DNA of 64,000 nucleotides from an uncultured Clostridium sp. (GTDB lineage Bacteria; Bacillota; Clostridia; TANB77; CAG-508): NCBI GenBank assembly GCA_947367845.1, contig CANBES010000002.1, positions 5,162 to 69,161 of the forward strand, read 5' to 3'. Shown piece by piece: positions 26,262 to 36,530 of this stretch (position 1 is its first letter; each line of letters starts with the position of its first letter). The notes under the pieces were generated by a model. It saw only the letters and a program-made list of their open reading frames with translations, ran no database searches and was not told where the DNA came from. The position numbers and the translations under genes were made by a program.

Positions 26262-28118
26262 TTATTTGTTTTTATTTTCTTTATTATCATTTATTATTAT
26301 TTCTTGCTTACTTTCTTCTTCTTTCTTTATACTGTCCATTATCATAATAAACTTAACATTTCCTTTATCTCCGTTATTTAACATAGTAAAGTTATTATAT
26401 TCTTGTGATAATTCTTGCAATTTTTCTAATCTGCTTGTTATATCTTTTAAATCTCCATTAATATAGTTACAAATTTTATCTATTCCTTCTCTATTGAATT
26501 TGGTAATCCCTTCTGTTAATGTTGTAACTCCATCTGATATTGTTGTTGTTCCTTCTGTTAATTGATTATTTGCTTCAGCTAATTTTTGTGTATTTGTATC
26601 TAGTGAACTTATTCCATTTTTTAATGCTTTTGAACCATTATTTAAGTTTGATGCTCCTGATTGTAGTGTTTTCGTTCCTTCTGCTAGAGTACTTGAACCC
26701 GCTGTTATTTTGTTTATTGCTTCTGGTAAGGCTTTTGTTGCTGTATTTAAATTTCCAAGGTTTTCTTTTAATGATTGTGAACCTGCTACAACTGCATTTA
26801 CACCTTCATTTAGAGCTTGCATTTTTGCATTTGTTTCTTCTGTTGGTGTTAATGCTTTAATTATTTGTTCATTTTCTGCTTTTTGTCTTTTTAATTCTGC
26901 TACTAGTTCTGGTTGTTCTTCTCCTAAAGCTTCTATTGTTTTTTGTAATACAGCATTATTTTTATTTAATTCTGTTATAGATGTAGTTGTTGTTTTTGAT
27001 AAATTATCTTTTAATGTATTTACTCCACCTGCAACTCCATTTATCCCAGCATTTAAATTTACACTTCCTTGGTATAGTGCCTCTATTCCTTGTGGTAGGT
27101 TGCTTACGCTTGAAGATAATTGATTAATTCCACTATTTAGTTGTTCTGCTCCATTTTTTAAATTTGTACTTCCTGCATTTAGTGTGTTAATTCCTTCATC
27201 TATTTTATTATAATTTGAATTTATTGTTCCTGTACCTTGTGCAATTTGAGTCATAGCATTATTAAATTCTTTTGATTTTTCTTTGTATGTATCTACACCT
27301 GTTTTTAAAGTATTTGCTCCATCTTCTATTTGTTTGCTTGAACTTTGTAATGTATTTACTTGGCTATATATATCATCTAATTTATTGAATATATCTAAAT
27401 CGTCTTTTTCAATTATTTTTGGTGTTACATATGTTACTATATTACTTAATTCAAAATCAGTTGAATCCATTGTTATTTCTATTGTACCTGGTATATCTAA
27501 TTTATCCTTTTTAATATTTAAGCTTTCTTGCATTCCAGGTAAACTAATTCCTAAAACTGTTGTTTTGCTTCCATCGTCTATAACTTTTCCGTTTGTTATT
27601 TCTACATTTCTATGATGTTCATTGTCTAATATAGTTCCACATACTACTACAAACGGTGTATATAATATTTCATTTCTTCCATTTATATTAACTGTGTGTG
27701 CATCTTTGTTTTTGTATTCAATTGTGATTTTTACTTTTCCAGATTTTCCAGCTAATTCTTGTGCTGTTATTTCTTTTCCGTCTAATTCATATTTTATGTT
27801 ACATTCTATTGGTAACTCTTTTTGAGTTTCTCCTTGATAATATATGTCACTTCCATCTGCATTCCATACTAAATCATTTCCATTTTGAGAAAGTTCTTCG
27901 TCTCCATTTACATTTTTTATGTTTAGTAGGTCTGAAATATCATTAATCATTTTCTCTTGATTTTCATTTGTTATGTGGTCACTTACTATCGTACTATAAG
28001 TGTTTCCATTTGCATCTGTCTTAGAATAAACTGTTTCATCTTTTGTAAATGCTAATACTGGTGTTGTATATGCAAGCATTGTACATAACAATGCACCTGA
28101 AATTATTTTTTTATTCAT
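26262..28118 (-). CDS. secreted YhgE/Pip-like protein with LxxG heptad repeats
   Basis: Signal peptide, then a long run of ...L.NGA.QLNSGINQL..., ...LKTGVDTYK... repeats. Adjacent to the MMPL transporter, as is common for this pair. Confidence 0.55.
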   Translation of the reverse strand: MNKKIISGALLCTMLAYTTPVLAFTKDETVYSKTDANGNTYSTIVSDHITNENQEKMINDISDLLNIKNVNGDEELSQNGNDLVWNADGSDIYYQGETQKELPIECNIKYELDGKEITAQELAGKSGKVKITIEYKNKDAHTVNINGRNEILYTPFVVVCGTILDNEHHRNVEITNGKVIDDGSKTTVLGISLPGMQESLNIKKDKLDIPGTIEITMDSTDFELSNIVTYVTPKIIEKDDLDIFNKLDDIYSQVNTLQSSSKQIEDGANTLKTGVDTYKEKSKEFNNAMTQIAQGTGTINSNYNKIDEGINTLNAGSTNLKNGAEQLNSGINQLSSSVSNLPQGIEALYQGSVNLNAGINGVAGGVNTLKDNLSKTTTTSITELNKNNAVLQKTIEALGEEQPELVAELKRQKAENEQIIKALTPTEETNAKMQALNEGVNAVVAGSQSLKENLGNLNTATKALPEAINKITAGSSTLAEGTKTLQSGASNLNNGSKALKNGISSLDTNTQKLAEANNQLTEGTTTISDGVTTLTEGITKFNREGIDKICNYINGDLKDITSRLEKLQELSQEYNNFTMLNNGDKGNVKFIMIMDSIKKEEESKQEIIINDNKENKNK

Positions 28119-28179
28119 TTTAAATCAAATCCTTTTATTATATATTTGAGTTTTTAGTTAGGCATACCCATAAACCTTT

Positions 28180-30249
28180 TTAGTTTAGACTACTTTTCAT
28201 TTTTAAAGTTGTTTTACAAATTAATTTATCAAAAATCATTAAGAATGATGGTAATATTGCAATTACACAAATCATACTAACAATAGCACCTCTTGACATT
28301 AATGTGCATAAAGAACCTATCATTTCTATTTTTGAATATACACCTACTCCAAAAGTTGCTCCAAAGAAACATAATCCACTTACTGCAATAGAACTAATTG
28401 ATGTTCCCAAAGCTTCACTTACTGCTTCTTTTTTGTCTTTTCCTGCTTTTCTATTCGTTATATATTTATTTGTAATTAATATTGCATAATCAATTGTCGC
28501 TCCTAACTGAATTGTTCCTATAACTATTGATGCAACAAATGGTAATATTGTATTTGTGTAATATGGAATACCCATATTAATAAATATTGCAAGTTCGATT
28601 ACTGAAATTAATACAATTGGTAATGATATTGATTTTAATACAATAATCATAATTATAAATATTATTGCAATTGATACTGTATTTACACTGTTGAAATCGT
28701 GGTCACTTATTTCTACTAAGTCTTTCATTAAAGGTCCTTCACCTGCTAAAATTGCATTTTCATCATATTTCTTTATAATTTCATTTACTTTAGCTACTTG
28801 ATTATTTAACTCATCTGTTGCCATTTCATATTTTGAATTTATCAAAATCATTTGATATTTATCATTTTGGAAAATCTCTATTAAATCTTTTGGTAAAGCT
28901 TCTTTTGGTATCCCTAAATCTGCAATTTTTGAATATCCCGCTGTCCATTCTATACCATCTAAGTTTTCTATTTCTTCTAACATATTATTTATTTGGTAAT
29001 CTGGAACATCTTTATCTATTAACAATAATTCCATTGAAACCATATTAAACTTATCTTTTAATTCATTATTTGCAACTACACTATCTAAAGTCTTAGGCAG
29101 TGACTTATCTAAATTATAATAAATTCCTGTATTTTTGTATCCATAAAATGCTATTGGTAAAATTATAATAAAAGCTATTGCTATTGCTTTATAATGTTTT
29201 ATAACAAAGTTTTTAATTCCTGTAAATTTAGGGAATATCTCTTTATGCTTAGTTTTTCCAATCCAATTGTTTAATACTAATATCATACTTGGAAGAACAG
29301 TTACAACTGAAACAACTCCTAAAAGAACACCTTTTGCCATAACAATTCCTATATCTTTTCCAAGAGTTAAGTTCATACTACATAAAGCTAAAAATCCAGC
29401 TATTGTAGTAAGAGAACTTCCCACTACTGATAACAATGTTTTTGAAATTGCATTTGCCATAGCTTCATCATTATTGCTTGTATGTTCTTTTTCTTGCATA
29501 TAGCTGTGATATAAGAAAATAGCAAAATCCATTGTTACACCCAATTGTAATACTGCACTTATTGCTTTTGTTATGTATGAAATTTGGCCTAAAAACACAT
29601 TACTTCCCATATTATATAAAATAGCAATACCTATATTTAGTAATAATAAAATTGGTGCAACATAAGAATCTAATGCTAGCTCTAATATTATCAAACATAA
29701 CGCTACTGCTATTACAACATAAATAATAATTTCAGAATCAGATAATTCCCTTGTATCCAAAACAGTTGCTGTCATACCACTTATCTTACAATGCTCATCT
29801 GTTATATCTCTTAAAGTTTGAACAGTCTGCATTGTAGAATCAGCTGAAATTTGATCTTTAAAAGTTACTAACATTATAGTTTCATTATCTTTATATATTT
29901 TTTCTTTAACATCATCTGGAATCATCTCTTCTGGAATTCCTGCACCTATAACATCTGCAATACTTACAACCTTCTCTACATTATCTATTTCTTTAAACTT
30001 ATCCTCTAACTTCTTTATATCTTTCGTATTCATATCTTCCAATAAGACTACCGAAAATGCACCCATATCAAAATCTTCTGACAAAATCTTTTCGCCCTTT
30101 ATAGTCTCAATATCCTCTGGAAGATACACTAAAATATCATAATTAATCCTCGTTGCCTTCATTCCTATAACCGAAGGAATTAGCAACAATAATGCAACTA
30201 ATAAAATTAATCTTTTGTGTTTACAAATTGCTTTTCCTAACCTGTTCAT
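28180..30249 (-). CDS. MMPL/RND-family membrane transporter
   Basis: Start moved to ATG 30249 (RBS AAAGGAG; MNRLGKAICKHKRL...). There are two 6-TM bundles with large loops. The track's extra 33 N-terminal residues are translation of the GC-core repeats. Confidence 0.8.
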   Translation of the reverse strand: MNRLGKAICKHKRLILLVALLLLIPSVIGMKATRINYDILVYLPEDIETIKGEKILSEDFDMGAFSVVLLEDMNTKDIKKLEDKFKEIDNVEKVVSIADVIGAGIPEEMIPDDVKEKIYKDNETIMLVTFKDQISADSTMQTVQTLRDITDEHCKISGMTATVLDTRELSDSEIIIYVVIAVALCLIILELALDSYVAPILLLLNIGIAILYNMGSNVFLGQISYITKAISAVLQLGVTMDFAIFLYHSYMQEKEHTSNNDEAMANAISKTLLSVVGSSLTTIAGFLALCSMNLTLGKDIGIVMAKGVLLGVVSVVTVLPSMILVLNNWIGKTKHKEIFPKFTGIKNFVIKHYKAIAIAFIIILPIAFYGYKNTGIYYNLDKSLPKTLDSVVANNELKDKFNMVSMELLLIDKDVPDYQINNMLEEIENLDGIEWTAGYSKIADLGIPKEALPKDLIEIFQNDKYQMILINSKYEMATDELNNQVAKVNEIIKKYDENAILAGEGPLMKDLVEISDHDFNSVNTVSIAIIFIIMIIVLKSISLPIVLISVIELAIFINMGIPYYTNTILPFVASIVIGTIQLGATIDYAILITNKYITNRKAGKDKKEAVSEALGTSISSIAVSGLCFFGATFGVGVYSKIEMIGSLCTLMSRGAIVSMICVIAILPSFLMIFDKLICKTTLKMKSSLN

Positions 30250-30264
30250 AAAAACTCCTTTCTG

Positions 30265-30324
30265 TGCCAATAGGGACGGTCCTTCTTGGCAGATTCCTGC
30301 CAATGGGGACGGTCCTTTTTGGCA
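30265..30324. repeat. two tandem family-2 GC-core hairpin units
   Basis: tgccaatagggacggtccttcttggca (30265-30291) and tgccaatggggacggtcctttttggca (30298-30324). Each has a 6-7 bp stem tgccaa/ttggca. Confidence 0.7.
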
Positions 30325-30442
30325 GGTCTTGATTTTTGAATTATACAACAAAAAAATGAACTAATTATGAACTTTTCTATTCATAATTAATTCATTTTCT
30401 ATTTGTGAATTTTTGGACGTTTTTGGCCTGTCCCAAAAAGTT

Positions 30443-31045
30443 TTATTCATCTTCTAGAGTTTCATCATATTCAAATTCATAATCTTCGTCAAGTTCTATA
30501 ACTTCTTCTTTTACTTTCTTTGTTGCTTGTTCTATTTTTTGTTCCACCTCTTTTTTCTTCTTATTTTGTTTTTCAACTGTATCTTTGTGTTTTTTTTGCA
30601 TTTCTTTTAATATATTTTGAGTTTCTTCTTTTTTGTTTTGCATATGTTTGTTTAGCATATTATTTGTTTTTTCTATTAAGTCTGGTATATAGTCTAATAG
30701 CTTGTCTAATGATGAAGAATGATTTACTGGCATTAGTTTTACATTGTTTGGTTGTATTACTAAAAATGCAATTGGGTTGATTGTAACTCCTGCTCCTGAT
30801 CCCCCGCCAAATGGTAATCTATACTGAATTTCTTCTTCTTTGTCTCTTTTACTATATTCGTCTATTGTCTCTCCTTTAAATTCACTTCCTCCTGCTGCAA
30901 ATCCAAATGAAACTTTTGATATTGGTATTATTACAATGTTGTTTGAAGTTTCTATCGGCTCTCCTATTATTGTGTTTACGTCTATCATATCTTGAATACT
31001 ACTCATAGCTGTAGTCATAAGTCCTTCTATTGGATGTTCGCTCAT
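30443..31045 (-). CDS. ytfJ: sporulation protein YtfJ/GerW family with an added K/E-rich C-terminal tail
   Basis: HPIEGLMTTAMSSIQDMIDVNTIIGEPIETSNNIVIIPISKVSFGFAAGGSEF...LPFGGGSGAGVTINPIAFLVI is the GerW/YtfJ core. About 70 residues of KKEE-rich tail follow. Confidence 0.75.
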   Translation of the reverse strand: MSEHPIEGLMTTAMSSIQDMIDVNTIIGEPIETSNNIVIIPISKVSFGFAAGGSEFKGETIDEYSKRDKEEEIQYRLPFGGGSGAGVTINPIAFLVIQPNNVKLMPVNHSSSLDKLLDYIPDLIEKTNNMLNKHMQNKKEETQNILKEMQKKHKDTVEKQNKKKKEVEQKIEQATKKVKEEVIELDEDYEFEYDETLEDE

Positions 31046-31613
31046 TTTTACCCTCTCCTTCTTTTTTGTTTAAGATGTATATTATATTTATAATATGTAT
31101 CATCTTTATTTCAAATATACCTGAAAACATTATATTGATTAGATTTTGATTTATATAGATTGGTCTAATTTCGAATTTTTGATTTTGTTCTTCTTTTATT
31201 TTTCTACTTAATATGATTGATACTACTGTACTTATTACTGGAATTACTATAGCTGTAAGTGCTGCATTTTCTGTTCCCATTTCTATTTTTAAATTGATAT
31301 TGTCTATATTTACGTTTAGCCTTTTAAATGCTTTTATTATTTTTAAATCAATCTGTTTGTTGTCAATTAATTTTTCAAAATTTATTTTTTCTATTTGTTT
31401 TTTTAATTCTATTTTTTCTAATCTTGTTTTTGTTATATTTATTTTAATAATTGGTATTTTTCTTAAGATGCATAATTTTATAACTATTTTATATTCTTTA
31501 TTTATGTGTCTTGGTTGTTTATGTGATGTAAATCTAAAGTTTTCTATTTCTATTTTTATTCTTGAGAATATTAACAATAATATTACTATTGAAAATATAA
31601 AAAGAAAAACCAA
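30999..31613 (-). CDS. DUF2953/YtfI-like sporulation membrane protein
   Basis: TTG start behind AAGGGAGG and an N-terminal TM helix. Position immediately upstream of ytfJ, as in Bacilli. Overlaps ytfJ by 47 nt. Confidence 0.5.
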   Translation of the reverse strand: MVFLFIFSIVILLLIFSRIKIEIENFRFTSHKQPRHINKEYKIVIKLCILRKIPIIKINITKTRLEKIELKKQIEKINFEKLIDNKQIDLKIIKAFKRLNVNIDNINLKIEMGTENAALTAIVIPVISTVVSIILSRKIKEEQNQKFEIRPIYINQNLINIMFSGIFEIKMIHIINIIYILNKKEGEGKNERTSNRRTYDYSYE

Positions 31614-31675
31614 TATGCTCGCCTCCCTTTTGGACGATTTATATTAGTTTTTCCATTTTTTTCTTTTTTAAACAT

Positions 31676-32431
31676 TTATATTTCTTTTTTCTCTGCTTTT
31701 TCTACTGTTATATCTCCAAATAATTCTTCTTGAGTTGTTTCGACTTTACTTCTTCTAGACAGTTCCAATAGTCCTGAAAATGCTGTTACAACTTCGTTTT
31801 TGTTATGTTTTTTTATTGAAAATAATTTGTTGAATACAAATCTTTTTTGTTTTACTAAAACCTTGAACATTTCTTTTACTTTACTTGCTACTGTATAGTT
31901 ATCTGTTATCGCTATTTTTTCTATATTTTTTGCGTTTTGATTTATCTTCTCATTATTTCGTTGTACTAATTTCTCATATATTGCTGGGATTATAGTATTG
32001 TCATAATCTTTTTCAAGTTTCTGTTTTGGCAATTTAATTTGTTCTTCTGATTTAAAATATCTGTTAGCATATGTTAAGTAATTTTCTTTTAACACTTTGC
32101 TTATTTCTTTGAATTTTTTGTATTCTATAATTCTTCTAATAAGTTCTTCTTCTGTAATTTCTTCTTCCTCTTCTTCTTGTTTTGGTAGAAGATTTTTTGA
32201 TTTCAAAAATAATAGTGTTGTTGCCATTACTAAAAATTCACTTGCTATTTCTAAGTTCATTTTTTCTTGTTCTTTTATATAGTCTATATATTGGTCTGTT
32301 ACTTTGCTTAGATTTATATCATATATATTCATTTTATTTTTGTCTATTAAGTGACACAACAAGTCTAGCGGTCCTTCAAAGTTGTCTATTTTTATTGCGT
32401 ATTTTTTTGTTTCTAGTGTTAAGATTGCCAT
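31676..32431 (-). CDS. scpA: segregation and condensation protein A
   Basis: KIDNFEGPLDLLCHLIDKNKMNIYDINLSKVTDQYIDYI is the ScpA N-terminal signature. Confidence 0.8.
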   Translation of the reverse strand: MAILTLETKKYAIKIDNFEGPLDLLCHLIDKNKMNIYDINLSKVTDQYIDYIKEQEKMNLEIASEFLVMATTLLFLKSKNLLPKQEEEEEEITEEELIRRIIEYKKFKEISKVLKENYLTYANRYFKSEEQIKLPKQKLEKDYDNTIIPAIYEKLVQRNNEKINQNAKNIEKIAITDNYTVASKVKEMFKVLVKQKRFVFNKLFSIKKHNKNEVVTAFSGLLELSRRSKVETTQEELFGDITVEKAEKKEI

Positions 32432-32436
32432 TGTTT

Positions 32437-32883
32437 TTACTCCTGTTCTATTGCTCTATTTATGTTTTCTAATTTATATCCTTTTTTTAGCAAATATTGT
32501 TTTATTTCTTCTGTTTCCATTGAAGCGGATTTTTTATATATGATGTTTCCTGCTGATTTTATTTCATATTCTTCTAATTCTTCTCTGTTTTCGCTAAAAT
32601 AGTCTTCTATTTGATTTTTTGTTAGTCCTTTAGCTTGTAGTTTGTATTGTATTTCTTTTATAGATAGATTTTTTAATATCATAAAGTTGTTTATTGTTCT
32701 TTCTATATAGTCGTTGTCGTTTATGTATTTTGCTTCTTTTAGATATTCTATTATGTCTTCTAATAGGTTTTCTTCTATTTCTTTTGAGTATTTTCTTCGT
32801 ATTTCTTGTTCTGTTCTTTTTTTGTATAGTATGTATTTTAGTATTCTTGTTTTTTCTTTATCAAATTCTTCTATGGTATACAT
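32437..32883 (-). CDS. recX: RecX-like regulatory protein
   Basis: 148 aa of repeated three-helix segments (...EDIIEYLKEAKYINDNDYIERTINN...). Position downstream of recA. The sequence is weakly diagnostic on its own. Confidence 0.55.
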   Translation of the reverse strand: MYTIEEFDKEKTRILKYILYKKRTEQEIRRKYSKEIEENLLEDIIEYLKEAKYINDNDYIERTINNFMILKNLSIKEIQYKLQAKGLTKNQIEDYFSENREELEEYEIKSAGNIIYKKSASMETEEIKQYLLKKGYKLENINRAIEQE

Positions 32884-32947
32884 TTTTTCTTTTCCCTTTT
32901 CTTTTTTTGCTTTTTTATTTTACTATATTTGCTTAGAAATTTCAAGA

Positions 32948-33361
32948 CTATAAAATTCTTTTAACTTTTAAGTATTCTTTTAGTGCTGACTGTAAAACTT
33001 GTGAAAAATTCACATTTTGTGCTTCTGCTAATTTATTTAGCCATTGCGGAATTGTTAAAGTCTTTTTTACTGCTTGCTCTTCCATTTCGTTTCTGACTAA
33101 TGGCATCCAAACACTTATATTTATTGTTTTTTCATTTTGCTTACATTGTATCTTTTCTAATGGCGTACTTTCTGGAATTTCTATGTTTTCTTCTTCTCTG
33201 TTATAAAGTACTAATTCTAGTACCTCTTTTGCATTTTTTATTGCTTCTTTAGTTGTGCTTGCACAAGAAATGGCTTCTTCTAAATCTGGAAATCTAATAT
33301 TTATCCCATCTTTTTCATAATCAAATACCGCAACGAACTCATAACTTTCTTTCTTTTTCAT
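32948..33361 (-). CDS. hicB: HicB-family antitoxin
   Basis: N-terminal HicB fold (YEFVAVFDYEKDGINIRFPDLEEAISCASTTKEAIKNAKEVLELVL) plus a C-terminal RHH-like DNA-binding tail (TLTIPQWLNKLAEAQNVNFSQVLQSALKEYL). Confidence 0.75.
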   Translation of the reverse strand: MKKKESYEFVAVFDYEKDGINIRFPDLEEAISCASTTKEAIKNAKEVLELVLYNREEENIEIPESTPLEKIQCKQNEKTINISVWMPLVRNEMEEQAVKKTLTIPQWLNKLAEAQNVNFSQVLQSALKEYLKVKRIL

Positions 33362-33377
33362 TATACTATCTTCCTTT

Positions 33378-33572
33378 CTAAAATTTTATCCCTGACTGCT
33401 TCTCTATATTCTTTATAGTCCCTATGGGAACTATTTTTTTACTTGTTGAAACAACTACTATTTTTGGCTCTCCATTTTTTGTAAATATGTGATGACTTCC
33501 TCGTACTCTTCCTTCTATCCAGCCTTCTTTTTCTAATATTCTTATTATTTGTTTTGGTGTATATTTTTTCAA
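33378..33572 (-). CDS. hicA: HicA-family mRNA interferase toxin
   Basis: 64 aa: KKYTPKQIIRILEKEGWIEGRVRGSHHIFTK, the HicA dsRBD-like signature with the catalytic His. Confidence 0.8.
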   Translation of the reverse strand: MKKYTPKQIIRILEKEGWIEGRVRGSHHIFTKNGEPKIVVVSTSKKIVPIGTIKNIEKQSGIKF

Positions 33573-33641
33573 TATTGTTCCCTTCTTTCTATATTTTATA
33601 CGTGTTTTTGATACGTGTCAAGCATTTGATAATAATTTAAC

Positions 33642-33685
33642 AAAAAAAGCTAAATAAATTAGATAAAGTATCTAATTTATTTAGC
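33642..33685 (-). terminator. recA terminator
   Basis: 17-bp perfect stem gctaaataaattagata / tatctaatttatttagc with a 3-nt loop. On the minus strand it is followed by TTTTTTT. Confidence 0.65.
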
Positions 33686-33705
33686 CCCTATTTTTACTTT
33701 AAGAA

Positions 33706-34755
33706 TTATTCTTCTTCGTCATCTTCATCACTTGGAAGTTCTTCACCTAAGCTTTGTTCAAAAGCTTTAGCAAAATCGTCTCTTACTTTCTTTTCTATAT
33801 CATCTAGTATTTCTGGATTTTCCTTTAGATATTTTTTAACATTTTCTCTACCCTGTCCAATTCTTTCTCCATTGTAGCTAAACCAAGAACCTGCTTTTTC
33901 TACAATGTCTAAGTTTACTGCCATATCCAATATGTTTCCTTCTTTTGAAATACCTTGTCCATATACTACGTCAAATTCTGCCTCTCTAAATGGTGGTGCA
34001 ACTTTGTTTTTGATTACTTTTACACGTACACGATTTCCTTTAAATTCTCCGTCTTGTTTGATGTTTTCTATTTTTCTAATATCCATTCTTACTGATGCAT
34101 AGAATTTTAATGCTCTACCACCTGTTGTTGTTTCTGGATTTCCAAACATTACTCCTATTTTTTCTCTTAATTGGTTTATAAATATTAGTACTGTTTTTGT
34201 TTTATTTAATGCTCCTGCTAGTTTTCTTAATGCTTGTGACATTAGTCTTGCTTGAAGTCCCATATGTGAGTCTCCCATGTCACCATCTATTTCTGCTTTT
34301 GGTACTAATGCTGCAACTGAGTCTACTACTATTACATCTAAAGCTCCACTTCTTACTAAGCTTTCTGTTATTTCTAATGCTTGTTCTCCTGTATCAGGTT
34401 GTGATACTATTAAGTTGTCGATATCTACACCTAATTTTTTTGCATATACTGGGTCTAATGCGTGTTCTGCATCTATGAATGCTGCTTCTCCACCCATTTT
34501 TTGTGCTTCTGCTACTATGTGTAATGCTAATGTTGTTTTTCCTGATGATTCTGGTCCATATACTTCTATTATTCTTCCACGTGGTACTCCACCTATTCCT
34601 AATGCTATATCCAAGCTTAATGCTCCTGTTGGTATAGCTTCTATTTCCATTGCTTTAAATTCTCCTAATTTCATTACAGAGCCTTTTCCAAATTGTTTTT
34701 CTATTTGGCTCATTGCTGCTTCTAATGCTTTTTTCTTTTCTGTATTTTCTCCCAT
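33706..34755 (-). CDS. recA: recombinase RecA
   Basis: [24 protein letters not shown]..., Walker [29 protein letters not shown]. Confidence 0.98.
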   Translation of the reverse strand: MGENTEKKKALEAAMSQIEKQFGKGSVMKLGEFKAMEIEAIPTGALSLDIALGIGGVPRGRIIEVYGPESSGKTTLALHIVAEAQKMGGEAAFIDAEHALDPVYAKKLGVDIDNLIVSQPDTGEQALEITESLVRSGALDVIVVDSVAALVPKAEIDGDMGDSHMGLQARLMSQALRKLAGALNKTKTVLIFINQLREKIGVMFGNPETTTGGRALKFYASVRMDIRKIENIKQDGEFKGNRVRVKVIKNKVAPPFREAEFDVVYGQGISKEGNILDMAVNLDIVEKAGSWFSYNGERIGQGRENVKKYLKENPEILDDIEKKVRDDFAKAFEQSLGEELPSDEDDEEE

Positions 34756-34851
34756 TGTTTTTTCCTCCTTAATTCGTGAACTCTTGTTCGATATTCATAT
34801 TATATATCAAATATTTGTTTTGTCAATACTTTTTTTAAAATTTTTTTATTT

Positions 34852-36435
34852 TTACTTATACCATCCTTCAATTCCATAAAATTGGTAGAACCAATTAGGG
34901 GTTATATCTCCTACTAATTCTGAGCTATATGCTACTATATATTTATTATTGTATAAACTTATATATGGCATTTCTGTCTTGTAAATTTCTATTAGTCTCT
35001 GATATTTTTCTTTTAGAATGTTTTCATCTGTTGTATTTTTTACTTCACTCATTATGCTACGAATTTCGTCATTTGAATAGTTTGATAAATTTCCTTCTCC
35101 AAAGAAAGTTTCTAAACTTGGACTTGGTGAAAGTGTTATACTGCATAATGCTATATCATAACTCCTTGCTGCTAATAGATTTTTATATTGGTCATCTGCT
35201 GCACCTATGATATTTATTCTTATTCCTTGTGCTTCTAATTGAGCCTTTATATTTTGTGCAACTGCTACTTTGGTTTGATCGCTATTTTTTACTAATAAAT
35301 TTAATACTATTCTTTGAGTTTTATAATCTTCTGTTTTTTGCCAATAATTGTTTCTATAACTCCATCCATTATCTACTAAAATTTGTTTTGCTTGTTCTAC
35401 ATTGTAGCCACTGCTTGCGTCTTGTTCTTGACATAGCCAATTCCCATAGTCAAGCGGAAAACTACTTGTTAAGTATTTACCATTTAATACATTTGCTGTT
35501 ATTCCTGCTTTATCTATTGAATATGATATCGCTTTTCTTACTTCTGTTTTTGCTAAAAAGTAATTTGCTGTATTTAAAGATAAAAAAGTATGTTCTCTAC
35601 CTTTCATTTCTTTTGAACTATATCCTATCGTTCCTATATATTCTTGCAAGTTTGTGTTGCTTGTACTTATTAGGTCTATATTTCCTAATTTGAAACTATT
35701 ATATAATTCTCCTACAGCTGAAAATAAGTTTACTGTTATTTTTTCTAAAACTGTATTTTTTTCTTTATTCCACCAGTTTGTACTTTTTTCCAATATTATA
35801 TATGATGGCTGCACTTCTGTTATTTTGAATTGTCCTGTTCCTATTGGTGCATCATTTTTTGATGTATTTACAAAATCTTCTCCTTCAAAATATTCTTTTG
35901 ATAGTATTGGAAATGTCAAGTTATATTCAAAAAATGGTACTTCTTTATCTAAGTTTATTTTTAGTGTATAATCATCTACAATGTCTATTCCTATTACGTC
36001 TTGAACATTGCTTGAATATATTGTTTGTGTGTCTTTTAACCTGTCTATTGTAAATCTTACGTCTTCTGATGTTAGCTGATGTCCATTTGACCACCTTACG
36101 TTTTCTCTTAGTTTTATTAAGTATGAGTTGTCTCCTTGCTTGGCCCATTCTTTTGCTAAACATGGTTCTGCTTTGTATTCTGCTGTTAAGTTTACTAATG
36201 GTTCAAAAATTAGTTTATAGATGTCTTGTACATTTTTGTTGTTGCTTAGTATTGGGTTCATTGTGTCTATTCCTGCTATTCCTAATTTTATTTCTTTTAT
36301 TTGTTCTTCTTGATTACTCGCTATTTGTTGTTCTTGTTCTTTTTCTGCTTCGTCTTTTTTTATTTTGTATATTGAAAATCCTAGTATTATTATGATAAAT
36401 GTTACAAAAACATATTTTATCCAATTTGATTTCAT
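34852..36435 (-). CDS. membrane-anchored solute-binding protein, family 5 (peptide/nickel type)
   Basis: N-terminal TM helix, then SBP_bac_5-like blocks (LFEPLVNLTAEYKAEPCLAKEWAKQGDNSYLIKLRENVRWSNG). No adjacent permease genes are present. Confidence 0.65.
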   Translation of the reverse strand: MKSNWIKYVFVTFIIIILGFSIYKIKKDEAEKEQEQQIASNQEEQIKEIKLGIAGIDTMNPILSNNKNVQDIYKLIFEPLVNLTAEYKAEPCLAKEWAKQGDNSYLIKLRENVRWSNGHQLTSEDVRFTIDRLKDTQTIYSSNVQDVIGIDIVDDYTLKINLDKEVPFFEYNLTFPILSKEYFEGEDFVNTSKNDAPIGTGQFKITEVQPSYIILEKSTNWWNKEKNTVLEKITVNLFSAVGELYNSFKLGNIDLISTSNTNLQEYIGTIGYSSKEMKGREHTFLSLNTANYFLAKTEVRKAISYSIDKAGITANVLNGKYLTSSFPLDYGNWLCQEQDASSGYNVEQAKQILVDNGWSYRNNYWQKTEDYKTQRIVLNLLVKNSDQTKVAVAQNIKAQLEAQGIRINIIGAADDQYKNLLAARSYDIALCSITLSPSPSLETFFGEGNLSNYSNDEIRSIMSEVKNTTDENILKEKYQRLIEIYKTEMPYISLYNNKYIVAYSSELVGDITPNWFYQFYGIEGWYK

Positions 36436-36530
36436 ATCTCACCTCTATTATTCTTTGCTATCATACATTATATTTAGTAAAATTTCAAGATTTTTTTAAA
36501 AAACCTTTAGATTTTCTCTAAAGGTTTTTG

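Noticed and set aside
28180-30351. Track N-terminal extension MLYNSKIKTCQKGPSPLAGICQEGPSLLAQKGVF of the MMPL transporter. The similar MAIFCQKGPSPMAGTCQEGPSLLARQ... occurs on 42906..45584.
   Set aside because: Both extensions are translations of the GC-core hairpin repeats. Good RBS-ATG pairs lie downstream, at 30249 and 45404.
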